A program made the translations under genes and the position numbers. A stretch of 64,000 nt of DNA from Macrostomum lignano (Eukaryota), in NCBI GenBank assembly GCA_002269645.1, contig NIVC01002405.1, forward strand, positions 62,001 through 126,000, in the 5' to 3' direction. Under the pieces are notes generated by a model that ran no database searches, was not told the DNA's origin, and was given only the letters and a program-made list of their open reading frames with translations. Below are positions 52,056 to 64,000 of this stretch, in pieces. The stretch's first letter is position 1. Each line of letters starts with the position of its first letter.

Positions 52056-52464
52056 CATACAAAGCTAGTATGAAGATATATTTTAGAAGGATTTGGTATT
52101 ACTGGCAATCAAGAAAAAATTAGACACAGAGGAATTTATGACCGTTGAGGCAGAAAGATATTCGACACGGAGTTGGTAGCAAACTGCTGCAAGGACGGGG
52201 TTGGCGAGCTGGGGTTAGTAAGTTTTTTATTCGGCACAAAAAAAACTTGGATTTTGAAACTGTGGCCGGCGACCTCAAAAAGGGCTTTTTATTTAAAGAC
52301 GCCAGCAATGCTTTTTACTCGCCAAGCATTTACGTTGGCATATGGCTAACCTTCACAAACACTTGTGGGTGGGTGCTGGGGCTGCTTTTCCATTCAGATA
52401 CGATTGTTGACAGTGATGCTAAATATAGGTCTAATGGAATTTGAATGTTTAACTAGCGACATGC

Positions 52465-52925
<461 letters not shown>

Positions 52926-53669
52926 AAGGATAGAAGTGTCTCAGTGTCGTGACGCCTACCTGTTGTTCGAATCCTCAATAAGCCCTCTCTTGTCAGATTA
53001 GCCGAGAAAGACACTGCGATATCTGATGCAATGACCTCAAACCGACCAGCTGTTTCTCCTTCTCAAAGAGTTTGATTTGCGTCCACGCTGCGGGGAAGGT
53101 CTGTCGGGCCCTCGTGCTCCTCCTGTTGTCTCAATTTCATGCCAGAATATTTTGGCTTCAATGCCAGGCCGCCCGGATTGGCCGAAACTGATGAATTAAA
53201 AGTGGGGCAGAAGGGAGAGTGGGTAGGTCTCTAAGCCAAGTATTAGAGCTGGACAGGCATTCATTTGCAGTGCTCTGCGGTACCCACCCACCTGGTGAGT
53301 GCGGAAGGCGATGGGGCAGGGAGGCGAATTTGCGTGAGCGCACACGGGGGCAGCAGGCAGAAGCAGATATTGCTACTGCTGCACCGGGGGGGGGGTGGGC
53401 AGCTCAAGTTAGGCAGGCAAGCAGGCGCCAAAAGTGAAAAAAGAACTGAGCGCCCGCACAGAGCCGAACACGGAGGGTCCCGGCGCCGCCCCCGTAGCTT
53501 CTTTTTCTGCTGCATTTTATTGTTTCCGCTCTGAGGTAAACAGGCGGGGCAGCAGTGAGATTAAAACTATTCGATGCGGCCGCGTGAACTAGAAAGGACA
53601 TTGAAATGAGAAATTGCAAATAGCTTAACTTTTTTGAGTTTCATCTCAGCTCGTTATTCCTTCTGTCTC

Positions 53670-54150
53670 CCTCTACTGACTACTTCTCTAACCCTGTCTC
53701 TCTACTGACTACTTCTCTAACCCCTGTCTCCCTCTACTGACTACTTCTCTAACCCCTGTCTCTCTCTACTGACTACTCCTCTAACCCCTGTCTCTCTCTA
53801 CTGACTACTTCTCTAACCCCTGTCTCTCTCTACTGACTACTCCTCTAACCCCTGTCTCCCTCTACTGACTACTTCTCTAACCCCTGTCTCTCTCTACTGA
53901 CTACTCCTCTAACCCCTGTCTCTCTCTACTGACTACTCCTCTAACCACTGTCTCTCTCTACTGACTACTTCTCTAACCCCTGTCTCCCTCTACTTACTAC
54001 TTCTCTAACCCCTGTCTCCCTCTACTTACTACTTCTCTAACCCCTGTCTCCCTCTACTTACTACTTCTCTAACCCCTGTCTCCCTCTACTGACTACTTGT
54101 CCAACCCCTGTCTCGATCTCTACTGACTACTTCTCTAACTCATGTCCCTT
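53670..54150. repeat. ~31-bp minisatellite (CTCTACTGACTACTTCTCTAACCCCTGTCTC)
   Basis: About 15 tandem copies upstream of the ARHGEF10 coding exon. Confidence 0.95.
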
Positions 54151-54682
54151 TAATGACTACTTTTTAACATCGTATCTCCCTTTTCTTTCAATCTTAATAT
54201 TCGCTCTCAATGCATGTCACAAAAAGGCCAAGACATGCTTAAATGAGTGCCTATAAAATACCACGGAACATTTTTGCCCCCACATTAGAAATTGAAAATC
54301 AATTTTCAATATATACTACTGACAATTGCCCAACTCAGTAGGCCAGTTCGGGTAGTCATTCAATTATTTAGTTTGTTATTGTCAGCGGAAAACGTTGCGA
54401 AAATCAGGATGAAGTTGAGGCAGGCAGACAGGCAGATAACAGGGGAGGCCAAGCATGGCTGCGAGAGGCACAAGCAACACAGCGCATTTGCCTTAACGCA
54501 AAAGCCCGACTTTCAAGGCTAGCATTTTGGAACACACTATCCATAGCTACAAGATTCGTACCTGGCGCGCGCACCCGCTTATCTACTGATCGCTGGCCCC
54601 AGATAGACCCCCATTTTTAAACTGGCAGGCGGGCAGCTCGGACTGGAAAGTCAGCCGGCCAGCCACAGTACAAACCGAGCCA

Positions 54683-56065
54683 ATGGACCAGCTGAGCATG
54701 CAAGAGAAGGTGCGCCGCCTCGAGCAGGAGCTGCAGTTCCGCGTCCCGGGCAGCTTCAGCTTCGGGGCCGTCGGCGGCGGCTTCAACGTCCGCGGCAGCT
54801 GCGAGGCCTTGAACTATCGCTCGGCATATTACACCACCGCCCCGCCTGCGCCGCCAACCATTCAGTCGATGCAGACGCACGAGGCTCCGCCACCGCCGCA
54901 GCAGCCGCAGCCGCCGCCCGGCCTCCTGTGCGTGAGCAACGTGGCGAGCATCCAGGACGAGCCGCAGCAGGCGCCAGCTGCAGACGATGAAGCCGCTTCT
55001 TCTAGGGGCAACAGCCGACTCGTCAGCCAGGTGTTCAGCGACTTCACCGAAGACGAGGAGAGCGACGGGGGCGGAGGTGACGGCAGTGGACCTGGGCGAC
55101 GCTCGGAGAGTCCCGCGAGCGACTTCGAGGAGGTGCCGATCGACACCGCTGACGGAGGCGGCGGCAGTCGCATCGGCGCCTGGCGTTCAGCGGCTGCTGC
55201 AGCGGCCGCCGTCATGTCCGGACGGCCAGCCAGCAGCAGCGGCGGCGGCGGCGGCGGCGGCGGCGGGCGATCAACGGCAAAGTCGGCCGCATCGACAGCT
55301 GCCGCGGCAGGCCTCAGCGAGTACATCGACGTGAACATCAGCGACACGAAGCACCCGCCAGCGGTGCTGCCGCCACAGCCGGAGGGTCTTGCTGGCAATC
55401 GGCTGAAGCGGCGGAAGGTGTTCGAGAGCCTCCTGGCCACCGAGGCTTCCTACCTGGCTTCGCTGAGGGAGCTGCTGGATGTGTACGAGCAGCCGCTGCT
55501 GAAGCACAAGCCCAAGCTGCTGCCGAGGAGAGCCACCAGACTGATCTTCTACAAGGTTGTCCGCAGTAGCAGTAGCAGTAGCAGTAGCAATAGCAGTAGC
55601 AGTAGCAGTAGCAGTAGCAGTAGCAGTAGCAGTAGCAGTAGCAGTAGCAGTAGCAATAGCAGTAGCAGTAGCAGTAGCAATAGCAGTAGCAGTAGCAGTA
55701 GCAGTAGCAGTAGCAGTAGCAGTAGCAATAGCAGTAGCAGTAGCAGTAGCAGTAGCAGTAGCAGTAGCAGTAGCAGTAGCAATAGCAGTAGCAGTAGCAG
55801 TAGCAGTAGCAGTAGCAGTAGCAATAGCAGTAGCAGTAGCAGTAGCAGTAGCAGTAGCAGTAGCAGTAGCAGTAGCAGTAGCAATAGCAGTAGCAGTAGC
55901 AGTAGCAGTAGCAGTAGCAGTAGCAATAGCAGTAGCAGTAGCAGTAGCAATAGCAGTAGCAGTAGCAGTAGCAGTAGCAGTAGCAATAGCAGCAGCAGCA
56001 GCAGCAGCAGTAGCAGTAGCAGTAGCAGTAGCAGTAGCAGTAGCAGTAGCAGTAGCAGTAGCAAT

Positions 56066-56097
<32 letters not shown>

Positions 56098-59000
56098 CAG
56101 TAGCAGTAGCAGTAGCAATAGCAGTAGCAGTAGCAGTAGCAGCAGCAGTTGCAGAAGCAATAGCAGTAGCAGCAGCAGTTGCAGAAGCAATAACAGTAGC
56201 AGCAGCAGTTGCAGAAGCAATAGCAGCAGCAGAAGTTGCAATAGCAGTAAGCAAGCGCAATTCCCCATCCCCAGGTGCGCGAGCTGCACCAGATCCACCG
56301 CATCCTACAGATCTCGCTGCACGCCGCGGCCCTGTCCTGGGACACCAACGAGCAGGTTGGCCACATCCTGACCGCCTCCTTCTCCAAGAGCCTGGTGCTG
56401 AAGACCTACGCCGCCTTCATCAACACGTATCCGCGCGGCCTGGAGCTCGTCAGGCGCCAGATGAAGGACAACGCGCCGTTCGCCAGCTTCCTCGGCACGG
56501 CGCAGCGGCGCAGTTCGCACAAGCTGCCTCTGCTGGGCATCCTGGTGCGTCCGGTGCAGCGCTTCCCCCAGCTGCTGCTGGTGGTCAAGGACCTGCTGAA
56601 GTACACGGAGCCCGACCATCCTGACCGGTACGACCTGCTGTACGCGCAGACTCAGATCGAGCACCTGGCCAGCCAGCTCAACGACATCAAGCGCGACAGC
56701 GAGCAGCTCATCTCGGCGCGCCAGATGCTCCGCGCCCTGGGCGTCCACTCCAAGTCGGCGCTGAAAAACTCGCGAATCCGCATCGTCCGCGAGGATGACG
56801 TCAGCGAGCTCCGGGCAGACCGGCAGCAGCAGCACGCGGGCGGCATGCGGATCATCCTGACGACCTACTATGTCCTCTGCACGGGTGCCAGGCGCCGCGG
56901 CGGCCCACAGGAGCTGCTGTGGTACACCAAGCTGGAGGATGTCCGCCTGTCCGGGACCTCGCTAACGCCTGACATGAAGGTCTGTTCGAATTGAATTTTA
57001 GTTCAGTTTGCAGTCAGCAATTTCCAGGGGCGTCGCTATGGATTTTATGGTGGTGGGGGACCGAACTAAGAATTCTACACGTACGTGTACATTATTTTCA
57101 GAATTGGTGTTGTCAGCGCTTATTTTGGCGCCGCAGGCACTCATTTTGGCGCCGCAGGCTCTCATTTTGGCGCCGCAGGCACTCATTTTGGCGTCGCAGG
57201 CACTCATTTTGGCGCCGCAGGCACTCATTTTGGCGCCGCAGGCACTCATTTTGGCACCGAAGGCACTCATTTTGGCGCCGCAGGCACTCATTTTGGCGTC
57301 GCAGGCACTCATTTTGGTGCCGCAGGCACTCATTTTGGCGCCGCAGGCACTCATTTTGGCGCCGCAGGCACTCATTTTGGCGCCGCAGGCACTCATTTTG
57401 GCGTCGCAGGCACTCATTTTGGTGCCGCAGGCACTCATTTTGGCGCCGCAGGCACTCATTTTGGCGCCGCAGGCACTCATTTTGGCGCTGCAGGCACTCA
57501 TTTTGGCGCCGAGGGACTCATTTTGGCGCCGAAGGCACTCATTTTGGCGTCGCAGACACTCATTTTGGCGGCGAGGGACTCATTTTGGCGCCGAAGGCAC
57601 TCATTTTGGTGCCGCAGGCACTCATTTTGGCGTCGCAGGCACTCATTTTGGCGCCGAGGCACTCATTTTGGCGCCGAGGGACTCATTTTGGCGCCGCAGG
57701 CACTCATTTTGGCGCCGCAGGCACTCATTTTGGCGCCGAGGGACTCATTTTGGCGCCGAAGGCACTCATTTTGGCGCCGCAGGCACTCATTATGGCGCCG
57801 CAGGCACTCATTTTGGCGCCGCAGGCAATCATTTTGGAGCCACAGGCAATGATTTTAGCGCCACAGACAATAATTTTGGCGTCACAGGCACTCATTTTGG
57901 CGTCACAGGCACTCATATGGAATTATTATGGGAATTATTGATTTCCATAACGGATCACAAGGTTGGGTGGGGGGGGGGGCAAAGCATTGGAATATACCAG
58001 CTTCTCGTGACTAAACTGTATTTTGCCTAACCGGCAATTTGAGAAAGTGGCATCAGAGGGGATGTTGAACCATCCGAGTCTAAGAATGGAAGCAGGACTA
58101 TCAGCGGATGGCTCTGTTTGCAGTCTTGGTGATTACTGATGACTTCCTGACTAAGTTGGCATCCTCAAAAGGTGCAAAACAGGGAACTGATCAAAGTTCG
58201 CCAACCCATTCGCGACAGGTGAATCTGGAGGAGGTCAGCAACTACCTGAGGATTGTGTCGCAGCGCAGCACGGAGGTGCCAGAAGAGCTGGAGGAGATCT
58301 ACAACAGCCTGCACAGCCTGCTGCACGATCACGCGGTCCTGGTGAAGATCCTCAGCCTGGTCTCCACTCTCAACTTCATTTACCCGGACGTGCGGGAGGA
58401 CCGGCTGCAGGCGCTGCTTGGCAACATGCAGGTGGCCATCCAGCAGAAGAACGAGGAGCTGCGCGTGGCCCAGGGCACCGTGCTGGCGCTCACCGTCAGA
58501 CGGGGCATCCTCGGCGGCGGCGGCGGTGAAGTCAGCCAGTCGATCAGCAGGAAGGCATTCGACATGCGCAACAGCAGGGCCAGAGACGACTGGACCAGCG
58601 AGTTCACCATCCTGAGGCTGGCCCTGCAGCCGGAGAACAATGCGGCGTGGATCACCGAGATGCTGGACGACTTGGGCCTGCAGTCGCATCAGCGGACGCC
58701 GCTGCTGGTTGGCGTCAAGGCGTGCGACCTGAGCAGGTCGATGTTCCAGGTGGGCTGCTGGGGGCTACGCGGGTTTGCAGTGCGAACGCTTTTTTGAGAA
58801 AATTTTCTAGGGAGGAGAAAATAGCCGAAGATGTACATTTGCTAGGGGGAGAAAATAGCCGAAGATGTACATTTGCCAGGGAGGAGAGAAAATAGCCGAA
58901 GATGTACATTTGCTAGGGGGAGAAAATAGTAGCAGATGTACATTTGCTAGGGGGAGAAAATAGTAGCAGATGTACATTTGCCAGGGAGCAGAGAAAATAG

Positions 59001-61875
59001 CCGAAGATGTACATTTGCTAGGGGGGAGAAAATAGCCGAAGATGTACATTTGCTAGGGGGAGAAAATAGCCGAAGATGTACATTTGCCAGGGAGGAGAGA
59101 AAATAGCCGAAGATGTACATTTGCTAGGGGGAGAAAATAGTAGCAGATGTACATTTGCTAGGGGGAGAAAATAGTAGCAGATGTACATTTGCCAGGGAGC
59201 AGAGAAAATAGCCGAAGATGTACATTTGCTAGGGGGGAGAAAATAGCCGCAGATGTACATTTGCTAGGGGGAGAAAATAGCCGCAGATGTACATTTGCCA
59301 GGGGGGAGAGAAAATAGCCGAAGATGTACATTTGCTAGGGGGAGAAAATAGTAGCAGATGTACATTTGCCAGGGAGCAGAGAAAATAGCCGCAGATGTAC
59401 ATTTGCCAGGGGGGAGAGAAAATAGTAGCAGATGTACATTTTCCAGAGAGCAGAGAAAATAGCCGCAGATGTACATTTGCCAGGGGGAGAGAAAATAGCC
59501 GAAGATGTACATTTGCTAGGGGGAGAAAATAGTAGCAGATGTACATTTGCCAGGGAGCAGAGAAAATAGCCGCAGATGTACATTTGCTAGGGGGAGAAAA
59601 TAGTAGCAGATGTACATTTGCCAGGGAGCAGAGAAAATAGCCGCAGATGTACATTTGCTAGGGGGAGAAAATAGTAGCAGATGTACATTTGCCAGGGAGC
59701 AGAGAAAATAGCCGCAGATGTACATTTGCTAGGGGGGAGAGAAAATAGTAGCAGATGTACATTTTCCAGAGAGCAGAGAAAATAGCCGCAGATGTACATT
59801 TGCCAGGGGGAGAGAAAATAGCCGAAGATGTACATTTGCTAGGGGGAGAAAATAGTAGCAGATGTACATTTGCCAGGGAGCAGAGAAAATAGCCGCAGAT
59901 GTACATTTGCTAGGGGGAGAAAATAGTAGCAGATGTACATTTGCCAGGGAGCAGAGAAAATAGCCGCAGATGTACAATTGCTAGGGGGGAGAGAAAGTAG
60001 CTGAAGATGTACATTTGCCAGGGAGCAGAGAAAATAGCCGTAGATGTACATTTGCTAGGGGGGAGAGAAAATAGCAGAAGATGTACAATTGCTAGGGGGG
60101 AGAGAAAATAGCCGCAGATGTACATTTGCTAGTGGAAGAGAAAGTAGCTGAAGATGTACATTTGCCAGGGAGCAGAGAAAATAGCCGTAGATGTACATTT
60201 GCTAGGGGGGAGAGAAAATAGCAGAAGATTTAGCCAAAATAGCCGACTCCGGGCAATACCGCAGGTGACCTGCGCCACCCCGGTGTGCCTGCTCAACGGC
60301 AGCATCCTGAAGACGCACATCTGGTGCGCGGCCAGTGACGGCAGCGTGGCGGTGTTTTCACTCTACAACCAGAGCCTGGAGATGACGGAGACTTTCCGCC
60401 CGGTGGACGCCTACGTGACGGCAGCCGCGGTGGTGCCCGGCTGCCCGACCTCCAGCCAGAACAAGGAGGACGAGGTGTGGATGGCCACGGACACGGCCGA
60501 GATCTTCCTGCACAGCACCGTTGAGTCGAAGCGCCGCGAGCCTCGCAAGAAAGTTGACGTGCCCGCCACGGTGACCAGCATGCTGTGCTGGGACAAGAGC
60601 ATCTACTGCGGCGACGTCAGCGGCAACCTGCTGTGCTTCAACCAGAACCTGCTGGGCAACTGGAACCTGCAGGACCCGGAGGTGCAGAGCATCGCCGACT
60701 GGCCGCTGCGAAACCTCACCGTAAGTCAAGACGGCCAGCAGCTGCTGATGAGCAGCGGGCCCTGCATCATCTCCCTCGGCCTGGAGAGCCTGCGTCAACT
60801 CAGCCGCACCGACCTGTCGCTGGAGGACGCGGACGACAACGATGAGGCCACGAAGATGGGCGGCAGCGGCGGTGGTCACGTGCGCAGCTTCCTGCTGGCT
60901 GGCGAGGGCCTCTGGGTCTGCTTTGAGAACCGGCCGTACGTGCGGCTGTACTACCGGCCGGACATGCGCCTGGTGCAGACCTTCGACATCCGGCCCGCCT
61001 TCGCTAAGGTCAACGCCAAGACGCACCGCCATCCGGAGAGCACGGTGCCGGCCGCCACCGCCGTGGCCGTGACCCGAGGCCTGCTCTGGGTCGGCACCTC
61101 GGTCGGCCTGCTGTACCTGCTCAGGACGCCCCGACTCGACGGCGGAGTCCCCGTGGCCTTCGGTCCGCCACTGATCTGCTGCCACTCGCACCGCGGCCCG
61201 ATCACGGCGCTGCTCACCTACAGGAACATCAAGGACACGGTCGTGTCCACCGTCACCTTCGACGAGCAGGAGGCGGAGTCGGAGCCGGGCGCCGGCGAGG
61301 CAGACGGACGGGCGGCAACGCCATCTGACGCGGAGTCCTCCGGCGGGCTGGACAGCTCCGGCTCCACCAGCGGCCTCTACCGACTGAAGATGGTCGTCGA
61401 CGAAGCCGAAGCAGCCGATGCCGCCGATGATGCCGCCGCCGCAGCTATACGTCGAAAGTCGACCGCCGTGGCCAGGGTGTCGGTGGCGCCGAACATGCAA
61501 CGCTGGGCATCTAACCCCAACCTGCTGATCAGCGAACGGCTGCGCAACCAGCAGCTGCACACGCCAGAGACGGATGTGCGGAAGCTGTACGGCTCGCTGC
61601 TGCAGCTGGACTCTGGCTGCTCCCACCTGGTGGACATTGACTTTGGCGACGCTGCTGAAGCTTCGTCAGTAGTCGGGGCAGAGGACGAGAAGCTCAGCGA
61701 CATAGAGGAAGAGGAGGCGGTGAACGACGTCGTGGACGCGGCGGCGGCTGCCATCGGGCGGGTCGGGCCGGAAATCGTGGTGTCCTTCGGCCCGGGCTAC
61801 CGGGACATGCTGCACCGGCCGCAGTGCCCCGGGGAGGAGGGCGCCAGCCTGATGGCCTTTTACTCGACATCCTAG
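54683..61875 (+). CDS. ARHGEF10: Rho guanine nucleotide exchange factor ARHGEF10/10L family (DH, PH-like, WD40-like C-terminus), ~1239 aa; N-terminus may extend upstream
   Basis: Exons 54683-55555, 56275-56979, 58219-58749, 60265-61875, all phase-0 GT-AG. DH motifs RRKVFESLLATEASY, IFYK|VREL, SWD..VGHILTASFSKSLVL, PVQRFPQ, KYTEPDHPDR; also IQQKNEELRVA, LALQPENNAAW, PLLVG and LWVGTSVG. The frame is also open from an acceptor at about 54628. Confidence 0.92.
55563..56250. repeat. (AGTAGC)n/(AGC)n repeat filling ARHGEF10 intron 55556-56274
   Basis: Directly visible; reads as poly-Ser in the exon frame. Confidence 0.97.
57025..57980 (+). mobile_element. hAT-like MITE left end (CAGGGGCGTCGCT) with internal 20-bp minisatellite (TTTTGGCGCCGCAGGCACTCA) at 57120-57915
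   Basis: The left end matches the reverse complement of AGCGACGCTCCTG at 29267-29279 (12/13). The right TIR was not found, so the end coordinate is approximate. Confidence 0.55.
58810..60230. repeat. ~35-bp minisatellite (GATGTACATTTGCYAGGGGGAGAAAATAGCCGMA) in ARHGEF10 intron
   Basis: About 40 tandem variant copies. Confidence 0.96.
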
Positions 61876-62107
61876 CCTAGTGCCAGGGCTGTGCAAGACC
61901 AACCGAACTCTGTATTTTTATCCAGACTGCTAATTCCCATTTTGATTTCGCAATTAAAACTGCAATGGCTGCAAGTCTTCCATTTGATTTCCTGAAATTT
62001 TCTACTAAAGCAGAAGCAAACTAAAATAATATGCATTTGCGATAATCTGAACTCAATGAAGCAGTGAGCCAGACTGGCAGACATCCTCCTGTATCTGAGG
62101 GTGGCAG

Positions 62108-62890
62108 TGAGTTAGGGTGTCAGTGAGTCAGGGTGTCAGTGAGTCAGGGTGTCAGTGAGTCAGGGTGTCAGTGAGTCAGGGAGTCAGTGAGTCAGGGTGT
62201 CAGTGAGTCAGGGTGTCAGTGAGTCAGGGTGTCAGTAGTGAGTCAGGGTGTCAGTGAGTCAGGGTGTCAGTAGTGAGTCAGGGTGTCAGTGAGTCAGGGT
62301 GTCAGTAGTGAGTCAGGGTGTCAGTGAGTCAGGGTGTCAGTGAGTCAGGGTGTCAGTAGTGAGTCAGGGTGTCAGTAGTGAGTCAGGGTGTCAGTGAGTC
62401 AGGGTGTCAGTGAGTCAAGGTGTCAGTAGTGAGTCAGGGTGTCAGTGAGTCAGGGTGTCAGTAGTGAGTCAGGGTATCAGTGAGTCAGGGTGTCAGTGAG
62501 TCAGGGTGTCAGTGAGTCAGGATGTCAGTAGTGAGTCAGGGTGTCAGTGAGTCAGGGTGTCAGTGAGTCAGGGTGTCAGTGAGTCAGGATGTCAGTAGTG
62601 AGTCAGGGTGTCAGTGAGTCAGGGTGTCAGTAGTGAGTCAGGGTGTCAGTAGTGAGTCAGGGTGTCAGTAGTGAGTCAGGGTGTCAGTGAGTCAGGGTGT
62701 CAGTAGTGAGTCAGGGTGTCAGTGAGTCAGGGTGTCAGTGAGTCAGGGTGTCAGTAGTGAGTCAGGGTGTCAGTGAGTCAGGGTGTCAGTGAGTCAGGGT
62801 TTCAGTGAGTCAGGGTGTCAGTGAGTCAGGGTGTCAGTGAGTCAGGGTGTCAGTGAGTCAGGGTGTCAGTGAGTCAGGGTGTCAGTGAGT
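62108..62890. repeat. 16/19-bp minisatellite (CAGTGAGTCAGGGTGT) between converging 3' ends
   Basis: About 45 tandem copies, each containing TGAGTCA. Confidence 0.96.
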
Positions 62891-63487
62891 CTATGACCGG
62901 TAGTGATCATAATTGATATCAGCGCCAAATAAACATGAAAACAAAACATACAATGAATTTAGGATAATGTGACAGCACAATCAGCAGCTGTAATTAATCT
63001 CGCCCAGAGCAGCAGCAGAACAAAGTACGAGTATATATTTAAAGTTAAACGAGCAGACAAACAAAGCTGCCAGCCTACAATGATCAACAGCTGACATGCG
63101 GGCCTCAGCAGCCAGAGATCTCGCATCAATAAGAAAATGGTACAAATAAGTTCAACGCGCTTATATTGTAAAAACTGTAAGCCATTGGGAAAACAATGCA
63201 TAAATTAAAAGGAATAAACAAAAAAACACAGGGACAACCGGACATGGACAGACGGGAATACAGAGACATAACTATTGCGCAAATTGACTATTAATAAATG
63301 TTATTGACAATAAAATTAATGCATATAAAAAACCGCAGACAAGATGAATAACCAAGAATGCTTTCGTTTTCAAATTGCAGCTTAATTTTTCGCATAATAA
63401 AAAAACTGAGGGAATGCAGGTAAAAAAACCGAGATAAGTTAATAACAATGGGATATGTTGAGCATTCCAGCTGCCCAGAGCAGCGCA

Positions 63488-63796
63488 TCAGGCAAAGTAC
63501 ATCACCCGCATGGTCTCCGGGTGCACCGTGACCGCCCGCAGCATTGCCGTGGGGGTCCGCTCGTCAGAGTTGCCGCTCTTCTGCGAGCCCTCGCCCGAGT
63601 CGATCTCCTTCTCAACCAGGTGGTAGCGAGCTCGAAAGGCCACCAGGTGAGCATAGTAGGCTGGGGCCGGGATGCTCACGGAGCGGGTGCAGCGGACGTA
63701 GGTGTGGCACAGCTGGTACGTCAGCACCTGCAGCTCGTCAGCCGTGAACCGGTTATCGTCCCACAGCACGTGATAGTGCGAGGGTCGGCTCGTGCC
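63488..63796 (-). CDS. AGO: Argonaute (AGO clade) last coding exon, PIWI C-terminus; rest of gene beyond window
   Basis: [64 protein letters not shown]. Acceptor CCGCAG at 63797, phase 0 before GTSRP. Confidence 0.97.
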   Translation of the reverse strand, partial: GTSRPSHYHVLWDDNRFTADELQVLTYQLCHTYVRCTRSVSIPAPAYYAHLVAFRARYHLVEKEIDSGEGSQKSGNSDERTPTAMLRAVTVHPETMRVMYFA

Positions 63797-63814
63797 CTGC
63801 GGAGCGGATCGGGC

Positions 63815-64000
63815 GACTCTCAGTGAGACTGAAGGGCGACTCTCAGTGAGACTGGAGGGCGACTCTCAGTGAGACTGGAGGGCGACTCTCAGTGAGACTG
63901 GAGGGCGACTCTCAGTGAGACTGGAGGGCGACTCTCAGTGAGACTGGAGGGCGACTCTCAGTGAGACTGGAGGGCGACTCTCAGTGAGACTGGAGGGCGA
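63815..64000. repeat. 23-bp minisatellite (GACTCTCAGTGAGACTGGAGGGC) in Argonaute intron
   Basis: Tandem copies running to the window end. Confidence 0.95.

Noticed and set aside
55271-56624. Poly-Ala/Thr, poly-Leu, poly-Cys/Tyr and poly-Val/Ala ORFs
   Set aside because: Alternative frames of the intronic (AGTAGC)n repeat.
60358-61626. 422-aa antisense ORF
   Set aside because: Shadow ORF of the GC-rich ARHGEF10 last exon. The antisense ORFs over the calpain, four-repeat, USH1G and UBL exons were rejected for the same reason.

Overview
Eukaryotic (metazoan, invertebrate-type) genomic DNA. GC-rich exons sit among AT-rich spacers, and by my rough tally a little over a quarter of the window is tandem micro/minisatellite, much of it inside introns. 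This style resembles the flatworm Macrostomum, but that is inference only. Most long ORFs in the supplied track are repeat artefacts. I reconstructed by hand these genes: a 7-exon calpain-family gene lacking all three catalytic residues (minus strand, runs off the left edge); a 3-exon 499-aa protein with four tandem copies of an unnamed domain and an MGxxxS start; a mucin-like type I membrane protein interrupted by a 43-bp duplication; a secreted PAN+LamG-like protein; the micropeptide SMIM30; two tandem intronless ubiquitin-like genes; an intronless class A GPCR; a small Id/emc-like HLH gene; USH1G/SANS; ARHGEF10; and the last exon of an Argonaute. DNA transposons include a decayed Merlin (ISXO2-like) element nested in a hAT-type MITE, both with perfect 8-bp TSDs. 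The best candidate for an undescribed system is the pair of ubiquitin-like genes (30547-31029, 33003-33506). Both end in a free Gly-Gly and carry a novel helical N-terminal extension. Their otherwise diverged TATA promoters share an identical 13-bp ISRE/IRF-E-like element plus STAT-type GAS sites at similar distances. This suggests an IRF/STAT-inducible, ISG15/FAT10-analogous modifier in an invertebrate. No database searches or computations were run; all assignments come from reading the sequence and recalling family motifs.
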